Sequence record: MK327943.1
Length of the DNA: 64,000 bases
DNA from: Escherichia phage vB_EcoM_G53
Direction: 5' to 3' (one strand)
The position numbers and the translations under genes were made by a program. The notes under the pieces were generated by a model, which worked only from the letters and a program-made list of their open reading frames with translations, was not told the origin of the DNA and ran no database searches. Each line of letters starts with the position of its first letter. The stretch's first letter is position 1. Positions 1 through 10,332 of the stretch are shown here, in pieces.

Positions 1-1220
1 ACATATTTGTATCGATTTGGAATAGGTTCCTTAACAAAAGCGCCGGGATAAGGTTGAACCGGGTGAGAACGACCTTGTGGAATCACCTTGTTCTGCTCTT
101 TAAGGCTATTAAAAATAATAGCATCCCATGTTTTAATTGGGCTAAACACAGATTGAATCTGTATCTTAGCATAATAACCCATGTCCAAGCTCAAGTTGAT
201 GAACTGACGCTTAGCATCAATTTGCAATACACGATACACGTCGATAATGTTATAAGAAATATATCGTTGGTGATTGCTTTCACGAAGTTTAGAAATAGGG
301 CCGTCATATTTCAGTTTACCAACGTTCAATTCAAATTCTGAAATGTAATCCAGAGAATACGACGGTTGATTGGTAAAAGAGAATTTTTTGTAAAGGTCAA
401 TGTAATCAAGAACAGAGATACCGAACAATGTAATGATTTCACGAGAACCATACATGTTTTCGATAACTTTAACACGAGTTTTACGATGTGGTGATAAACG
501 TTTCGCAGTAGATTCGCCAAAAATATTCTTGATTCGGTTATACACATATGGAATATCAAATGACTCAACGTTCCATCCAGTCAAAATGACAGGAGTTTTC
601 TGTTGCCAGAAGTTGAGATATTCCATCAACAATTCTTTTTCGTTATCGAACGGCATATAAATGATTTTATCGATAATTTCAGATGGAACTTCATCACCGC
701 CTTGTTCTTGAAGCTTAGCAGCGATTTCAATAGACCATTCTTCTACATTACCATATGGAGAATTCAATAGATCAAATACGTAGAACCTGTCGTCAATTGA
801 GTCATAATGGGTGATAGCATCAATCGGATGTTTTGCTTGTGACGGCTCAGGGAACCCATCCGGAGATGTTACTTCGATGTCGAAGTTAGCCACACGAATT
901 TTTGTATGGTCGTATTTGATTTCATAGTTATAAGTGTCAGACAAATACGCCAATTTGAAATCGTCCATGCCAAGTGCTTCAAGTCCGATATCTTCCATGC
1001 GTTTAATCCATTGGGAGGCATCACGCATATTAGCGAACAACTTACGAGTACACGGCTTACCGTAGATATCGAAATATTTCGTAGCCTGACTTTCTGGACA
1101 ATGAGCAAACAGTGATGGTTTATATTCTACTTCACGAGTACGTTCACGGCCATTAGAATCGATGTAACGTTCAAAAATTGAATCACCAATCTGTTCAACC
1201 GTTAAGTAAAATTCTTTCAT
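1..1220 (-). CDS. 43: DNA polymerase gp43 (family B), N-terminal ~406 aa; gene continues beyond window start
   Basis: Reverse complement of 1191-1220 reads ATG AAA GAA TTT TAC TTA ACG GTT GAA CAG = MKEFYLTVEQ, then IGDSIFERYI; matches remembered RB69 gp43 N-terminus. SD AAAGGAAATTAA upstream. Gene order 45-44-62-regA-43 as in T4. Confidence 0.93.
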   Translation of the reverse strand, partial: MKEFYLTVEQIGDSIFERYIDSNGRERTREVEYKPSLFAHCPESQATKYFDIYGKPCTRKLFANMRDASQWIKRMEDIGLEALGMDDFKLAYLSDTYNYEIKYDHTKIRVANFDIEVTSPDGFPEPSQAKHPIDAITHYDSIDDRFYVFDLLNSPYGNVEEWSIEIAAKLQEQGGDEVPSEIIDKIIYMPFDNEKELLMEYLNFWQQKTPVILTGWNVESFDIPYVYNRIKNIFGESTAKRLSPHRKTRVKVIENMYGSREIITLFGISVLDYIDLYKKFSFTNQPSYSLDYISEFELNVGKLKYDGPISKLRESNHQRYISYNIIDVYRVLQIDAKRQFINLSLDMGYYAKIQIQSVFSPIKTWDAIIFNSLKEQNKVIPQGRSHPVQPYPGAFVKEPIPNRYKY

Positions 1221-1267
1221 TTAATTTCCTTTAGACGAGTTATTGTCTTTTGTTTGTTGATGAACTT

Positions 1268-1297
1268 ATTATACTCCAAATGGGACCGAAGTCCCAT
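1268..1297 (-). promoter_or_regulatory. Hairpin ATGGGAC-CGAA-GTCCCAT abutting a TATAAT -10 box upstream of gene 43
   Basis: Minus-sense reads AATGGGACTTCGGTCCCATTTGGAGTATAATAAG; same TTGGAGTATAAT -10 context as other early promoter cassettes in the window. Confidence 0.4.
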
Positions 1298-1301
1298 TGC
1301 T

Positions 1302-1670
1302 TTAATTACCAATTGTATATTTTGCTTTCAAAGTCCAGTCATCTTTCTGTTTAAAAGAGATAACACGGAAGTTATTAGTCAGGCCAAACAGATCTTCACG
1401 AGCAGAGTCTTCAATAACAATCAATCCCCAGTCTTCAAGCAACTGAGCAATCGAATCACGTCGCTGATAGTCTTCACCGTCAATATCAACCTGACGTCCA
1501 TCCATACGCAGCATTTCTTTAAAGTGGACGATGTAGTATTTACCTTGCTTTTGGAGGATATGACAGGACTGATAAAGGACTTTATCCTTGTTATTAGCGA
1601 TGCCCATACGGGTCAAAGTCTCTTTGACTTTCAGAAAATCTTCAGGGTTCTTCAATTTAATTTCAATCAT
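1302..1670 (-). CDS. regA: RegA translational repressor
   Basis: 122-aa product MIEIKLKNPEDFLKVKETLTRMGIANNKDKVLYQSCHILQK... closely matches T4 RegA; start taken at the second in-frame ATG (MIEIK), right after gene 62 stop. Confidence 0.92.
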   Translation of the reverse strand: MIEIKLKNPEDFLKVKETLTRMGIANNKDKVLYQSCHILQKQGKYYIVHFKEMLRMDGRQVDIDGEDYQRRDSIAQLLEDWGLIVIEDSAREDLFGLTNNFRVISFKQKDDWTLKAKYTIGN

Positions 1671-1672
1671 TT

Positions 1673-2236
1673 TTACCATTCCAATGCTAATTTTTTAAAT
1701 TGTTTTTGTTCTTTCACATTTTTTGTAACTTCTTTGAGAAACTCATCAGTGACCACGGCCTTCAGTTCTTTAAGGACTATTGGCAACTTGTTATTTTTTT
1801 CAAGGAGCCGCTTATACTCGGTAGCATCATTCATGTTGATTGTGTAATGTTTCATCAACAGTTTGATAACTAGTAACTCTGAAGTGTCTTCGACTAGTTT
1901 AGCCCATTTAGAGAATCGTCGGCCACGTGGAATTGCCGCCATCATATAGTTGAAGTGCGCTTCATCACTTAATTCAGAACCAACTAAGTTCATCATGTAA
2001 ACGGCTGGCATACATTCTGGGAACTGGGATAATGAGTTCTCAACCATAAATTTTGAGTAGTCGACCTGAGCAATTGACATAGATTTCTTTTCATTAATAG
2101 CATTAATGATTTTAAAGAATTCATTCTCAGGTTTTTCTTTAAACATGTCAGCACATTTTTGAATCGCATCAGCGTCGTTAGACTTCCATGCAATTTGGTG
2201 CTCGTTAAGTTGGACGTCATCATCAAATAAGTTCAT
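1673..2236 (-). CDS. 62: Clamp loader small subunit gp62
   Basis: 187 aa, same length and position as T4 gp62, between gene 44 and regA. Confidence 0.88.
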   Translation of the reverse strand: MNLFDDDVQLNEHQIAWKSNDADAIQKCADMFKEKPENEFFKIINAINEKKSMSIAQVDYSKFMVENSLSQFPECMPAVYMMNLVGSELSDEAHFNYMMAAIPRGRRFSKWAKLVEDTSELLVIKLLMKHYTINMNDATEYKRLLEKNNKLPIVLKELKAVVTDEFLKEVTKNVKEQKQFKKLALEW

Positions 2237-2237
2237 A

Positions 2238-3200
2238 TTATTTCCAAGTCAGTTCGCAGGTCAGTTGAAGAAGCATATACATAACATGTAATTCAATATT
2301 ACTTGCTAATCCATGAAACTTATTATTTTCGCCTGCAATTTCATAAAGCGAAATAATACTTTTACCTGGTGCAACTTTGTCATAACACTCAGAAACTAAT
2401 TTATCGATGAACCATGAATAATCAGCGGCATATTTTGGAGCTAACGCACGAAGCTGTTTGATATCTTTATTTTTCATTGCTTCTATGACATCATCTACCG
2501 TGCCACGATCATTGGTTACAATCGACAAAATACCTGCATCAAGAACACCTTTAGACGAGTACTGGTCTAATTGACCAATTGTACGTCGAAAGTCCGGGAA
2601 GTTCTTTTTAACCAGAGCTGCAACAACTTTCATATCAGCGATTTCGATATTTTCGTTCTTACAGATTTCAACCATGCGATGAATCATTTTCTTCATCATT
2701 GAGATTTTATCTTCTTCGGTTGGACGTCCGAATTCGATAACTCGACAACGACTACGTAACGGTTCGATAATTCCATCGATGTTGTTGGCAGTAATAATAA
2801 TAGAACAGTTACTAGAGAATTCTTCCATGAATGTACGAAGGTGACGTTGTGATTCAGCGAGGCCACTACGGTCAAATTCATCAATAACAATAACTTTAGG
2901 CTTGCCTTCCATTGAGACTGAACGAGCGAATGCAGTTAACGGACCGCGCACAAAATCAATCTTACAATCAGAACCGTTGACGAACATCATTTCGGCATTG
3001 ATATCATTACATAATGCTTTTGCTACGGTTGTTTTACCGGTACCAGGAGATGGAGAGTGTAAAATAATATGAGGAAGTTTTCCTTTAGATACTAAAGACT
3101 TGAATGTTTCATGGTCATACGCAGGCAGAATACATTCGTCAATGGAAGAAGGACGATATTTCTGTTCTAGAATGTGTTCTTTGGAATTGATAGTAATCAT
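2238..3200 (-). CDS. 44: Clamp loader large subunit gp44 (AAA+ ATPase)
   Basis: 320 aa; Walker [11 protein letters not shown] and DEFD Walker B; strong match to T4 gp44. Confidence 0.93.
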   Translation of the reverse strand: MITINSKEHILEQKYRPSSIDECILPAYDHETFKSLVSKGKLPHIILHSPSPGTGKTTVAKALCNDINAEMMFVNGSDCKIDFVRGPLTAFARSVSMEGKPKVIVIDEFDRSGLAESQRHLRTFMEEFSSNCSIIITANNIDGIIEPLRSRCRVIEFGRPTEEDKISMMKKMIHRMVEICKNENIEIADMKVVAALVKKNFPDFRRTIGQLDQYSSKGVLDAGILSIVTNDRGTVDDVIEAMKNKDIKQLRALAPKYAADYSWFIDKLVSECYDKVAPGKSIISLYEIAGENNKFHGLASNIELHVMYMLLQLTCELTWK

Positions 3201-3226
3201 GTAATTTTCCTCATTATCATTAAACT

Positions 3227-3242
3227 GGAGGATTTCTCCTCC
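3227..3242 (-). promoter_or_regulatory. Intercistronic hairpin GGAGGA-TTTC-TCCTCC between genes 45 and 44
   Basis: Perfect 6-bp inverted repeat with 4-nt loop in the 75-nt gap upstream of the gene 44 SD; followed on the minus strand by TTTAATGATAATGAGGAAAATTACATG. Confidence 0.45.
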
Positions 3243-3275
3243 ATAATCGTATCACAATAAACGTAAAGCTTTGAC

Positions 3276-3962
3276 TTAGAAGTCGTGAGTAGAATCGGCT
3301 TCCATCGCAATAACATAACTTACTTGAGAGCTTTCAAACTTAGCTGCAACTTTATCACCAGCTCCCCACAACATTACTTTATAGTTACCTGGCTGGATTT
3401 TCATATTAGCCATATTGATTACGAAGTTAAAGTTATTAGAACCGTCATAATCAGTAAGAGTCAAAGAATACTTAGGACGAGTTAGTCCGGAATCTTCAAC
3501 TTTATTATAGCCATTGATAACAATTTTACCATCTTTATTTGTAATAGCAATTGTATCAATCTGAAGACCACGTGAAACTCGAAGCAATTGTTGAAGGTCT
3601 TCGGCTTTAATTTCAGTAATCACAGAAGCCACTGGGAATTGAATTGGCTTATTAGGAAAAACAATGGTGCTCTTGTCGGCAGCAGGCCAATAAACTGTGG
3701 AACGTGTATCTGCAATTTTAATATTGCCATCAGTATGCATTGAAATTTCGGCATCATCAGACACTAGACTCAAAATGCTTAAGAAGCTATTCAAATCATA
3801 AAGTGCTACGTCAAAATCAATTTCATCAGAGATATTTGCTTCCGCATAAGTGGTGCCATTAACTGCACGAGTCATAATAAATTTACCTTGACTCAGCAGA
3901 ATGCCAGAGTTAATAGAGGCAAAGTTTTTCAGAATAGCGATAGTATCTTTAGACAGTTTCAT
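3276..3962 (-). CDS. 45: Sliding clamp gp45
   Basis: 228 aa MKLSKDTIAILKNFASINSGILL... closely matches T4 gp45; start at the second ATG, which has SD AAAGGAAATAAA. Confidence 0.94.
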   Translation of the reverse strand: MKLSKDTIAILKNFASINSGILLSQGKFIMTRAVNGTTYAEANISDEIDFDVALYDLNSFLSILSLVSDDAEISMHTDGNIKIADTRSTVYWPAADKSTIVFPNKPIQFPVASVITEIKAEDLQQLLRVSRGLQIDTIAITNKDGKIVINGYNKVEDSGLTRPKYSLTLTDYDGSNNFNFVINMANMKIQPGNYKVMLWGAGDKVAAKFESSQVSYVIAMEADSTHDF

Positions 3963-4004
3963 TTTATTTCCTTTCAAGACAATTCAAAGTTTATAACAAA
4001 TTTA

Positions 4005-4421
4005 TTATGCAGCAACCATCTGCTTTTTAATAGCTTCAGGCAGTGATTCAATATATTCTGGAATTTTAGAAGCAACAATTTCGCCAGCTGCAATTAGTTG
4101 TTCGTCGGCATCAACACAGTAAAAATCTTCAAGGCGTTCAGAACCGTCTTTATCAAGAACGATTTTAGCACCTGCTTCGATAGAATCTTTATAGTGCTTA
4201 CGCATCAAATGAATCCACATATCAGACACATCGTTATCAATAAAACCATAAATCATAAAACGAGTTTCTTGTGGCAAAGATTGGAGTTTTTTAGCACTTG
4301 CGTCATCACAATGCAGGACCCATGCTTTACGAACACGATTATGGTTATGCGGGTTAGCGTCAGTACGGATAGAAGTAACTTTCAGATCAGCAGCGGTAAA
4401 ACCTTTAGCAGTAGTAAACAT
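4005..4421 (-). CDS. rpbA: RNA polymerase-binding protein RpbA (putative)
   Basis: 138-aa ORF in the position of T4 rpbA between genes 45 and 46; assignment is by synteny and size, sequence not independently recalled. Confidence 0.6.
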   Translation of the reverse strand: MFTTAKGFTAADLKVTSIRTDANPHNHNRVRKAWVLHCDDASAKKLQSLPQETRFMIYGFIDNDVSDMWIHLMRKHYKDSIEAGAKIVLDKDGSERLEDFYCVDADEQLIAAGEIVASKIPEYIESLPEAIKKQMVAA

Positions 4422-4433
4422 ATTATTTCTCTC

Positions 4434-4622
4434 TTATTCGTAGAAGTCGGTAACTGTCCATGCGGAATTGCGATTAGACATTATTTTATTATACTCATCT
4501 TTAAAAGCAGATTTGAGCATTTGTTCAGTGACAATATGTTCTTCACCTGAAAACGTATTGGTCAAAACATATTTTTTAATTTCAGGGACAACGAGAAGAT
4601 GTTGTCCAGTTGAATACTCCAT
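4434..4622 (-). CDS. Small conserved hypothetical protein (T4 45.2 position)
   Basis: 62 aa from the ATG with SD GGAGAA (MEYSTGQHLLVVPE...); lies between rpbA and gene 46. Confidence 0.55.
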   Translation of the reverse strand: MEYSTGQHLLVVPEIKKYVLTNTFSGEEHIVTEQMLKSAFKDEYNKIMSNRNSAWTVTDFYE

Positions 4623-4676
4623 GTTGTTCTCCATTTAATTTGATGTGGTCATTATAACCACATCGTGTTAAAGCGT

Positions 4677-6365
4677 TTATGAAACAGTCATTACAGTAAA
4701 TCGTCCAACTTTGCTCATTTGCAAATGTTGTCCATAACGTTGAGGGTCATGGTCCCTATGAGAAATAATGAACACGTTAGTATTTTGTAAACTTCCAAGA
4801 ATGGTATCTATAGCCTTAACAGCTTCAGAATCAACTGCCCCATCAAAAACCTCATCAAGAATCAGAGTGTTGATTTTAACACCAGAGACCTTTTCAGCAA
4901 TATCTCGCCATGTAAACAACAACGCGATATCAATGCGTGCTTTTTCACCTTGACTAAATGAAGCATAACTAAAATCTTCACGACCACGTGATTTTATAGA
5001 TTCATTGAATTCTTCATCAATAGAAAACACGTAATCAGCTTCCATGATTTTAAGATAATGGTTAATCTGCTTGTTGAACAGAGGCACATATTTTTTAATG
5101 ATAGCACCTTTAATACCAGAATCTTTTAACATATCTGTGATAATACCACGATGGTATTTTTCAAGAACGATATCTGATTTTGTTTTAATGATTTTATCAA
5201 GTTCTTTTTGAAGCAAAGCTATCTCATCGGCATGGTCGATAAATTCTGCTGAGGCTTGCTCTATTGCAGCTTTAACTTTCTTAGCTTTATCAATAGTGGC
5301 AATCATTGCTTGTTTCTTGGTACGAATATCAGATGCAAGGTCCTGTTTAGTCTTAACATTAGCTCTATATTCATCAACTAGGACACTCAGATTATCTCTG
5401 TGACAGGTAAGTTGCTCGAATGAGTGATTACATTCATGAAGCTTATCGGTAATCTTAGAGACAATAGGGTCACCCTGGTGCAATTGTGATGCACAAGTAG
5501 GACATGTGCCACCGTCATGATACATCTTAATAACTTTGTTATATGAGTCGATTTTAGATTTAATCAAGAATGCTTCTTGTCCTATCTTGTTGAATGCCTC
5601 AGTAGGGTCTTCATCAAGAACGATATTAAGTAGTCGCTCATTAGCTTCTTCGATTTCTGCTTTTAATGAACGAGCTTCTTTGGCTAGGTCGTCATACATA
5701 TTCTGTAGACGCGCTACATTATCACCAGATAATTTCTTTTGACGTTCGATATTCTCGTTATAAATCTTAATTTGTTGGATAATACCATCTTTCTTGGCAT
5801 CAAGAACTTGTCCCTGAGAATTAAGTTCGCGAACTTGAGACTTATTGATTTTATCCATTTCAGCGAGTGTGCCGACTTCTAAAAGGTCTTCGACAAGTTT
5901 TCTACGAGCAGGGGTGCTAAGAGCCATGAAAGGGGTATACCCTGCCGTCCCAAGCACAACGATTTGTTTAAAAGACGCGTATGACATTCCGATGCTACGT
6001 TCAAATTCTTCTTGGAAGTCACGACTGCTGGCAGATTCATCGAGACGAACACCGTCAACGGAGATTTCGAAAATATTGGGCTTTTGGCCGCGTCTAATGA
6101 AGTATTTTTTATCATCGAATTCCATCCAAAGCTCAACTAAGAGCTCTTTCTTGTTCGTGCTATTAATGATTTGTCCTTTCTTAACATCACGAAATGGTTT
6201 ACCGAAAAGTCCGAAAGTAATGGCTTCTAACATCGTAGATTTACCACCGCCATTTTTACCGGTGATTAATGTCTTTTGGACTTTATCTAATTGGATATCG
6301 ATAGGATTCCCACCTACCGACATGATGTTTTGATAACGAACACGATTTAATTTAAATGATTTCAT
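4677..6365 (-). CDS. 46: Recombination endonuclease subunit gp46 (Rad50/SbcC-like ATPase)
   Basis: 562 aa; N-terminal Walker A GKNGGGKST, long coiled-coil middle, C-terminal LILDEVFDGAVD signature/Walker B region. Confidence 0.92.
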   Translation of the reverse strand: MKSFKLNRVRYQNIMSVGGNPIDIQLDKVQKTLITGKNGGGKSTMLEAITFGLFGKPFRDVKKGQIINSTNKKELLVELWMEFDDKKYFIRRGQKPNIFEISVDGVRLDESASSRDFQEEFERSIGMSYASFKQIVVLGTAGYTPFMALSTPARRKLVEDLLEVGTLAEMDKINKSQVRELNSQGQVLDAKKDGIIQQIKIYNENIERQKKLSGDNVARLQNMYDDLAKEARSLKAEIEEANERLLNIVLDEDPTEAFNKIGQEAFLIKSKIDSYNKVIKMYHDGGTCPTCASQLHQGDPIVSKITDKLHECNHSFEQLTCHRDNLSVLVDEYRANVKTKQDLASDIRTKKQAMIATIDKAKKVKAAIEQASAEFIDHADEIALLQKELDKIIKTKSDIVLEKYHRGIITDMLKDSGIKGAIIKKYVPLFNKQINHYLKIMEADYVFSIDEEFNESIKSRGREDFSYASFSQGEKARIDIALLFTWRDIAEKVSGVKINTLILDEVFDGAVDSEAVKAIDTILGSLQNTNVFIISHRDHDPQRYGQHLQMSKVGRFTVMTVS

Positions 6366-6601
6366 ATGTATTCTCTTCGAATGAAGTCCTCTACATATTT
6401 TAACATGTCATCTCTATCAGCAAAATATTCATCTAGTTCTGCATACATAACAACACCTGGTGCATACTCACAGGTAACATACATTGTTCCAAAGAAACGA
6501 GGAGTTGATTCCTCGTAATTCTCAGTCCATTCAACGATACCAATATAACCGTCACCAATACTAAATTCATGACGATGGATTTCATAATCAGTCTTCGTCA
6601 T
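6362..6601 (-). CDS. Hypothetical protein between genes 47 and 46
   Basis: 79 aa from ATG with SD GAGGA; acidic small protein; overlaps gene 46 start by ATGA. Confidence 0.55.
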   Translation of the reverse strand: MTKTDYEIHRHEFSIGDGYIGIVEWTENYEESTPRFFGTMYVTCEYAPGVVMYAELDEYFADRDDMLKYVEDFIRREYI

Positions 6602-6845
6602 TATACGCATCCTCAATACACGCTTCAGCCATTTTAAGAATAGAGCCGGGAGTATCGTTGTCCATTATATTAAAGCTAAATTCAATGGCCCAGTCGGTGC
6701 AGACATGAACTGCTTTAACTTCATTGCCTTCAACGCGTAATGGCTCAATCCAATACTTGATAGTGTTCTCGAATCCATCATCGTCTTTAACGTCCATTTC
6801 AACTTCAAGTCCAAGCCCAGCATTATTAAATTCATCTAAAGTCAT
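6588..6845 (-). CDS. Hypothetical protein between genes 47 and 46
   Basis: 85-aa ORF, start overlaps gene 47 stop; acidic. Confidence 0.55.
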   Translation of the reverse strand: MTLDEFNNAGLGLEVEMDVKDDDGFENTIKYWIEPLRVEGNEVKAVHVCTDWAIEFSFNIMDNDTPGSILKMAEACIEDAYNDED

Positions 6846-7861
6846 TGTGTTGCCTCAATATAAAGTTCGTTGGAATATTTGACCAGCGCTTCTCTGTCTT
6901 CGTCTGAGATATCTGGAATCGCGTCAATATATTCTTTAATGATATCTTGAAGTGATTTAATCTCGATTTCCTGGTCGTCATCAGATTCAACACTGTTATC
7001 AACTTTAGAAACCATGCGAAGAGAGTGAACTACTTTTTCAAGTTCAGATTCAAACTTAGTCAACTCTGAATCAATTTCTGATACTATAACACGTAAGGCT
7101 AGATTAGTATAATCAGAATAATTGATTTTGCCTTTAAACGGATAAGTGATTCGTCGATGCCATGTTGTTTCATTAGGAATAAATTCCATACGTTCAACAT
7201 CAGTGTCAAATACCCAGAATCCGCGCGGGTCATTCTCATCACCTGCAGTAAGGGTCCATGGTGTCCCAATATATTTGACGTTAGCAGCTTCAGAGATTGT
7301 GTGGAAGTGGCCGGACCAGACTTGTTTATAGGTCTTTAAGAAATCAGGTTCAAGCCCATGAGACTTCATTCCTTTATAGAAATAAAAGCCATTCAGTTCC
7401 CAGTGCCCAACACAATACGCTGCGGAAGAAGTCTTGATGTGCTCTAAGATTTCACCTGTATTTTCTTCACACATCCATGGAACGATATCAATCAGACATC
7501 CGTCAAAATCTACAGTAGTCGGATGCTCGTAAATAGTAAAGTTTTCAAATTGAGTTAACAATTCAGAAACAGTGTTAGGTGTTATTGTATTCTTAAACGC
7601 CATGTCATGGTTTCCTATCGTGACATGAACGTGAATGCCTGCTTTAGAAATCATATCAACGATTTCACGATTGAATTCCATTGTACGATGTGTTATTGCT
7701 TTACGGACGTCAAACCAATCACCGTACTGAATCCAAGTTTTAATCCCGTGTTTCTTAGAGTATTCAATTGCTTGTTGAATACCATCACGTTGAATATCTT
7801 GAACCCATGGGTCGTCTTGTTTGACTCCGATATGGAAGTCGCCTAAGTGCAAAATTTTCAT
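6842..7861 (-). CDS. 47: Recombination endonuclease subunit gp47 (Mre11/SbcD-like phosphoesterase)
   Basis: 339 aa; MKILHLGDFHIG, GDWFD and GNHD phosphoesterase motifs; same length as T4 gp47. Confidence 0.93.
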   Translation of the reverse strand: MKILHLGDFHIGVKQDDPWVQDIQRDGIQQAIEYSKKHGIKTWIQYGDWFDVRKAITHRTMEFNREIVDMISKAGIHVHVTIGNHDMAFKNTITPNTVSELLTQFENFTIYEHPTTVDFDGCLIDIVPWMCEENTGEILEHIKTSSAAYCVGHWELNGFYFYKGMKSHGLEPDFLKTYKQVWSGHFHTISEAANVKYIGTPWTLTAGDENDPRGFWVFDTDVERMEFIPNETTWHRRITYPFKGKINYSDYTNLALRVIVSEIDSELTKFESELEKVVHSLRMVSKVDNSVESDDDQEIEIKSLQDIIKEYIDAIPDISDEDREALVKYSNELYIEATQ

Positions 7862-7904
7862 ATTATTTCCTCATTAGTTAATTCATTCTATCATCCGTTT
7901 ATAA

Positions 7905-7931
7905 AGCAAAAAAGGAACTCCGAAGAGTTCC
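7905..7931 (-). terminator. Rho-independent terminator-like hairpin (TTCG tetraloop) upstream of gene 47
   Basis: Minus-sense GGAACTC-TTCG-GAGTTCC followed by TTTTTTGCTTT. Confidence 0.6.
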
Positions 7932-8104
7932 TATCCACATAGTACACCGTACAGAGGCTCATTTGAACTTTTAAATCGAATGGGCTTGTACGTAATAGTT
8001 CCTTCGGCTTTAGCTTTATCATAAGACTCTTTAAAACGTCTCATTCTTTCTGCTTTGCCTTTACGGATTTTATCGAAATTTTCAGAAGTCGGGATGTTCG
8101 TCAT
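7931..8104 (-). CDS. Small basic hypothetical protein (57 aa), below the ORF-track size cutoff
   Basis: ATG ACG AAC ATC... = MTNIPTSENFDKIRKGKAERMRRFKESYDKAKAEGTITYKPIRFKSSNEPLYGVLCG; SD GAGAGGTG upstream; fills an otherwise empty 280-nt gap. Confidence 0.4.
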   Translation of the reverse strand: MTNIPTSENFDKIRKGKAERMRRFKESYDKAKAEGTITYKPIRFKSSNEPLYGVLCG

Positions 8105-8143
8105 GCATAAGCACCTCTCAGAAAATACCTAAATCGATTTCTC

Positions 8144-8350
8144 TCATCGTTTCCACCATTTCTTAACTTGAAATGAATCGACCCACACGAGTTGTTTTGG
8201 GTCTGCCTTTACAATAGGCGGACAAATTTCTGTAATAGAACCGTCGTGATATTCCTTTTCAGAAATTTTAACACAAAGAGGACCTCCCAATTTAAGGGTG
8301 AACCCTGCGTTCAGCTTCAGACGTTTAAACTTTGTTTGAACTAGCGCCAT
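8144..8350 (-). CDS. Hypothetical protein
   Basis: 68 aa from the ATG with SD GAGGA (MALVQTKFKRLKLNAG...); the track ORF starts upstream at a TTG. Confidence 0.45.
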   Translation of the reverse strand: MALVQTKFKRLKLNAGFTLKLGGPLCVKISEKEYHDGSITEICPPIVKADPKQLVWVDSFQVKKWWKR

Positions 8351-8648
8351 TAATGATGTCCTCAATAGCCTGACGAGTAGTAACCCACTGGATTTTAATT
8401 AACTTGTCATTGTATGGTTGTCGTAGAATATCCCGAGATTTCTTAATAGCATATTCGTAAGCTTCGAAGTTGTTTTGAATTGCTGCTTCTTGAGCATGAG
8501 CATAAAGACGGTTTAGTTCAAAACGATTCTTTTTAAGAATCTTTTCGGATTTTTTACGTGCTTCAGCTTCATTTTTCTTTTGGATTTCTTGTAGCATTTT
8601 AGCTACTGCATCTTCTGCTTCTTTATTTTCAATAATCTCGGTAGTCAT
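8325..8648 (-). CDS. Hypothetical coiled-coil protein
   Basis: 107-aa ORF, charged and helical-looking. Confidence 0.55.
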   Translation of the reverse strand: MTTEIIENKEAEDAVAKMLQEIQKKNEAEARKKSEKILKKNRFELNRLYAHAQEAAIQNNFEAYEYAIKKSRDILRQPYNDKLIKIQWVTTRQAIEDIINGASSNKV

Positions 8649-8649
8649 A

Positions 8650-8865
8650 TTATCTCATTAAATTAAAATAAAAACGTCCATCCTCTTCAATACAGAACTC
8701 ATATTCAACTGGAGTCCCGTTTATCGAAAATGACACGTCATGTGGGTTCAAAGGGTCGATGTCAAAATTAATTTTAAATTCACGACCCAACAGTTTTACC
8801 AAATAAGGGATTGCTTCGTCAAAAGGTTCTTCTAAGTAGTTAGAGATGTCAATTGTCATCCTCAT
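8650..8865 (-). CDS. Hypothetical protein downstream of gene 55
   Basis: ORF overlapping the 3' end of gene 55; start uncertain (internal ATGs at 8865 or 8859). Confidence 0.45.
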   Translation of the reverse strand: MRMTIDISNYLEEPFDEAIPYLVKLLGREFKINFDIDPLNPHDVSFSINGTPVEYEFCIEEDGRFYFNLMR

Positions 8866-9406
8866 ATAAAAAATCCAAACTAGGCGAATCGCTAACAACT
8901 TCCTTCTTTTCAGCCCCAGGAGCTTTATAAGCGGATTCTTCATAATGCGTCATTTTATCGTAGATGTCTTGAATAAATGTTTCATCTACCAACGCTACCA
9001 TATCATCGTCATGACTGTCGTAGACATTATGAACGAAGTAACTATATTTCTTTGCAACTTCCTTACGTTCTTTTTTGATACGTTGGACAAAAGCATTAAA
9101 ACAAGCTCGAGTTATGTATGCATGTGGGTTATTGTACTTAGTTTCGTCGAAATTATGAAGTCCCTTAATAGAGGCTTCAATCCCATCTGCAATCATCTCC
9201 TGCTTCCAAGACTGGGTATATCCTGAAAAGTTGAAACGTTTGGACAGGCCTTCGGCGATAAGCATAATTGCTAAACCGATGGTATCATTCTGACGAATAA
9301 TTTTGTTTGGGTCTTTATTATTTAAGAGCTCCTTTTTCCACTCGATTATAGCGGCGAGAAGCTCTTTATTATTCACATAGTTATTTTTAGGTTTTTGTTC
9401 AGTCAT
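8849..9406 (-). CDS. 55: Late-transcription sigma factor gp55
   Basis: 185 aa from [24 protein letters not shown]... with SD AGAGG; close match in sequence and length to T4 gp55. Confidence 0.92.
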   Translation of the reverse strand: MTEQKPKNNYVNNKELLAAIIEWKKELLNNKDPNKIIRQNDTIGLAIMLIAEGLSKRFNFSGYTQSWKQEMIADGIEASIKGLHNFDETKYNNPHAYITRACFNAFVQRIKKERKEVAKKYSYFVHNVYDSHDDDMVALVDETFIQDIYDKMTHYEESAYKAPGAEKKEVVSDSPSLDFLYEDDN

Positions 9407-9478
9407 AAGTACCTCTTGGCTCAATTCATAGGTCTATTATATCATAATATTTAGAGACCTATCTTAAAGCACGAGATA

Positions 9479-9748
9479 CTATCGGAGCAAACAATAAGCC
9501 TGAAACACTTTTTCCATTAAACGTTTGAACTCATGGATATCGATATAAAGCTCAGTAAGACCGGCATTATAAAGAAAATCTAAAAAGTTCTCATGTGTTT
9601 CGTTATAGTCGCCTTCGTTTAATTGAGATACATGAGTTTCCCAAAAACCAACACCTTTAACGAATGGAAAATACGTGACTTTCATGTATTCGTCAACATA
9701 AAATTCGCCCAGCTTTTCTTCAGTTATACTGATTCGAGTTAATTTCAT
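9479..9748 (-). CDS. Hypothetical protein
   Basis: 89-aa ORF, tightly packed on the gene strand. Confidence 0.5.
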   Translation of the reverse strand: MKLTRISITEEKLGEFYVDEYMKVTYFPFVKGVGFWETHVSQLNEGDYNETHENFLDFLYNAGLTELYIDIHEFKRLMEKVFQAYCLLR

Positions 9749-9972
9749 TCTAGTTCCTTTGCTGCTTCAAGAGCAGCATCCAGCGAATCAAATTGGTCAA
9801 CGAAATCAATATTCAACGCATCGTCAACCGTAGCATATAACCACCATTGTTTGAATTCGTATTCTAGAATAAATCCAGGACCTTCAATCTGAGGAAGACC
9901 TAGACTATTTGTACCAACTTCGTAACCAGCTAGACGCAGGTCATTAATCAAAGTTTCTGTTAATACGCTCAT
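9745..9972 (-). CDS. Hypothetical protein
   Basis: 75-aa acidic ORF; stop overlaps next start. Confidence 0.5.
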   Translation of the reverse strand: MSVLTETLINDLRLAGYEVGTNSLGLPQIEGPGFILEYEFKQWWLYATVDDALNIDFVDQFDSLDAALEAAKELE

Positions 9973-10301
9973 TTTACCGCCTTAACAATTTTAAGGTCAA
10001 CGAATTTTTTCTTACGTTGATTTTTCATACGACGGATAGTCTTTTCAGAGATTTCATGTTTCTGATAAGCTTTAGATTCAACACCAAATGCAGCAACGTC
10101 AAATTCAGAAAGAATATATTGTACTAGAATTTCACGAATAGAATTACGTCCAATTTTCTGGTCGTGTTTTTGCATGATTTCATAAAGACGGAATTCCCAC
10201 GCATCAAGAACTTGAGGAGTAACAATATTGCCAGATTCCAGAAGAGCAACAACTTTATCGAAAGCGAAAGAATTAACTACGTTTTTGATTTTAGTAGACA
10301 T
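9969..10301 (-). CDS. Hypothetical protein
   Basis: 111 aa from MSTKIKNV with SD GAGGAAAATAAT; the track ORF extends 15 codons upstream without an SD. Confidence 0.55.
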   Translation of the reverse strand: MSTKIKNVVNSFAFDKVVALLESGNIVTPQVLDAWEFRLYEIMQKHDQKIGRNSIREILVQYILSEFDVAAFGVESKAYQKHEISEKTIRRMKNQRKKKFVDLKIVKAVK

Positions 10302-10332
10302 ATTATTTTCCTCGGTTATTTTATTATCCAAC

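Noticed and set aside
54-1115. Plus-strand ORFs 54-341, 433-660, 906-1115 and minus ORFs 326-568, 869-1108 inside the gene 43 region
   Set aside because: The minus-strand frame translates continuously into the recognisable DNA polymerase N-terminus; the others are antisense or off-frame artefacts.
1296-1306. TGCTTTA (MotA-box-like) sequence between regA and gene 43
   Set aside because: It is on the plus strand, in the wrong orientation relative to the minus-strand genes, so it is unlikely to be a functional middle-promoter element.
1254-6333. Plus-strand ORFs 1254-1847, 3285-3485, 4098-4550, 4768-4953, 5536-5742, 5845-6333 and minus ORFs 1993-2226, 2696-2890, 5879-6136
   Set aside because: All lie within or antisense to well-supported genes (regA, 62, 44, 45, rpbA, 46) and have low-complexity products.
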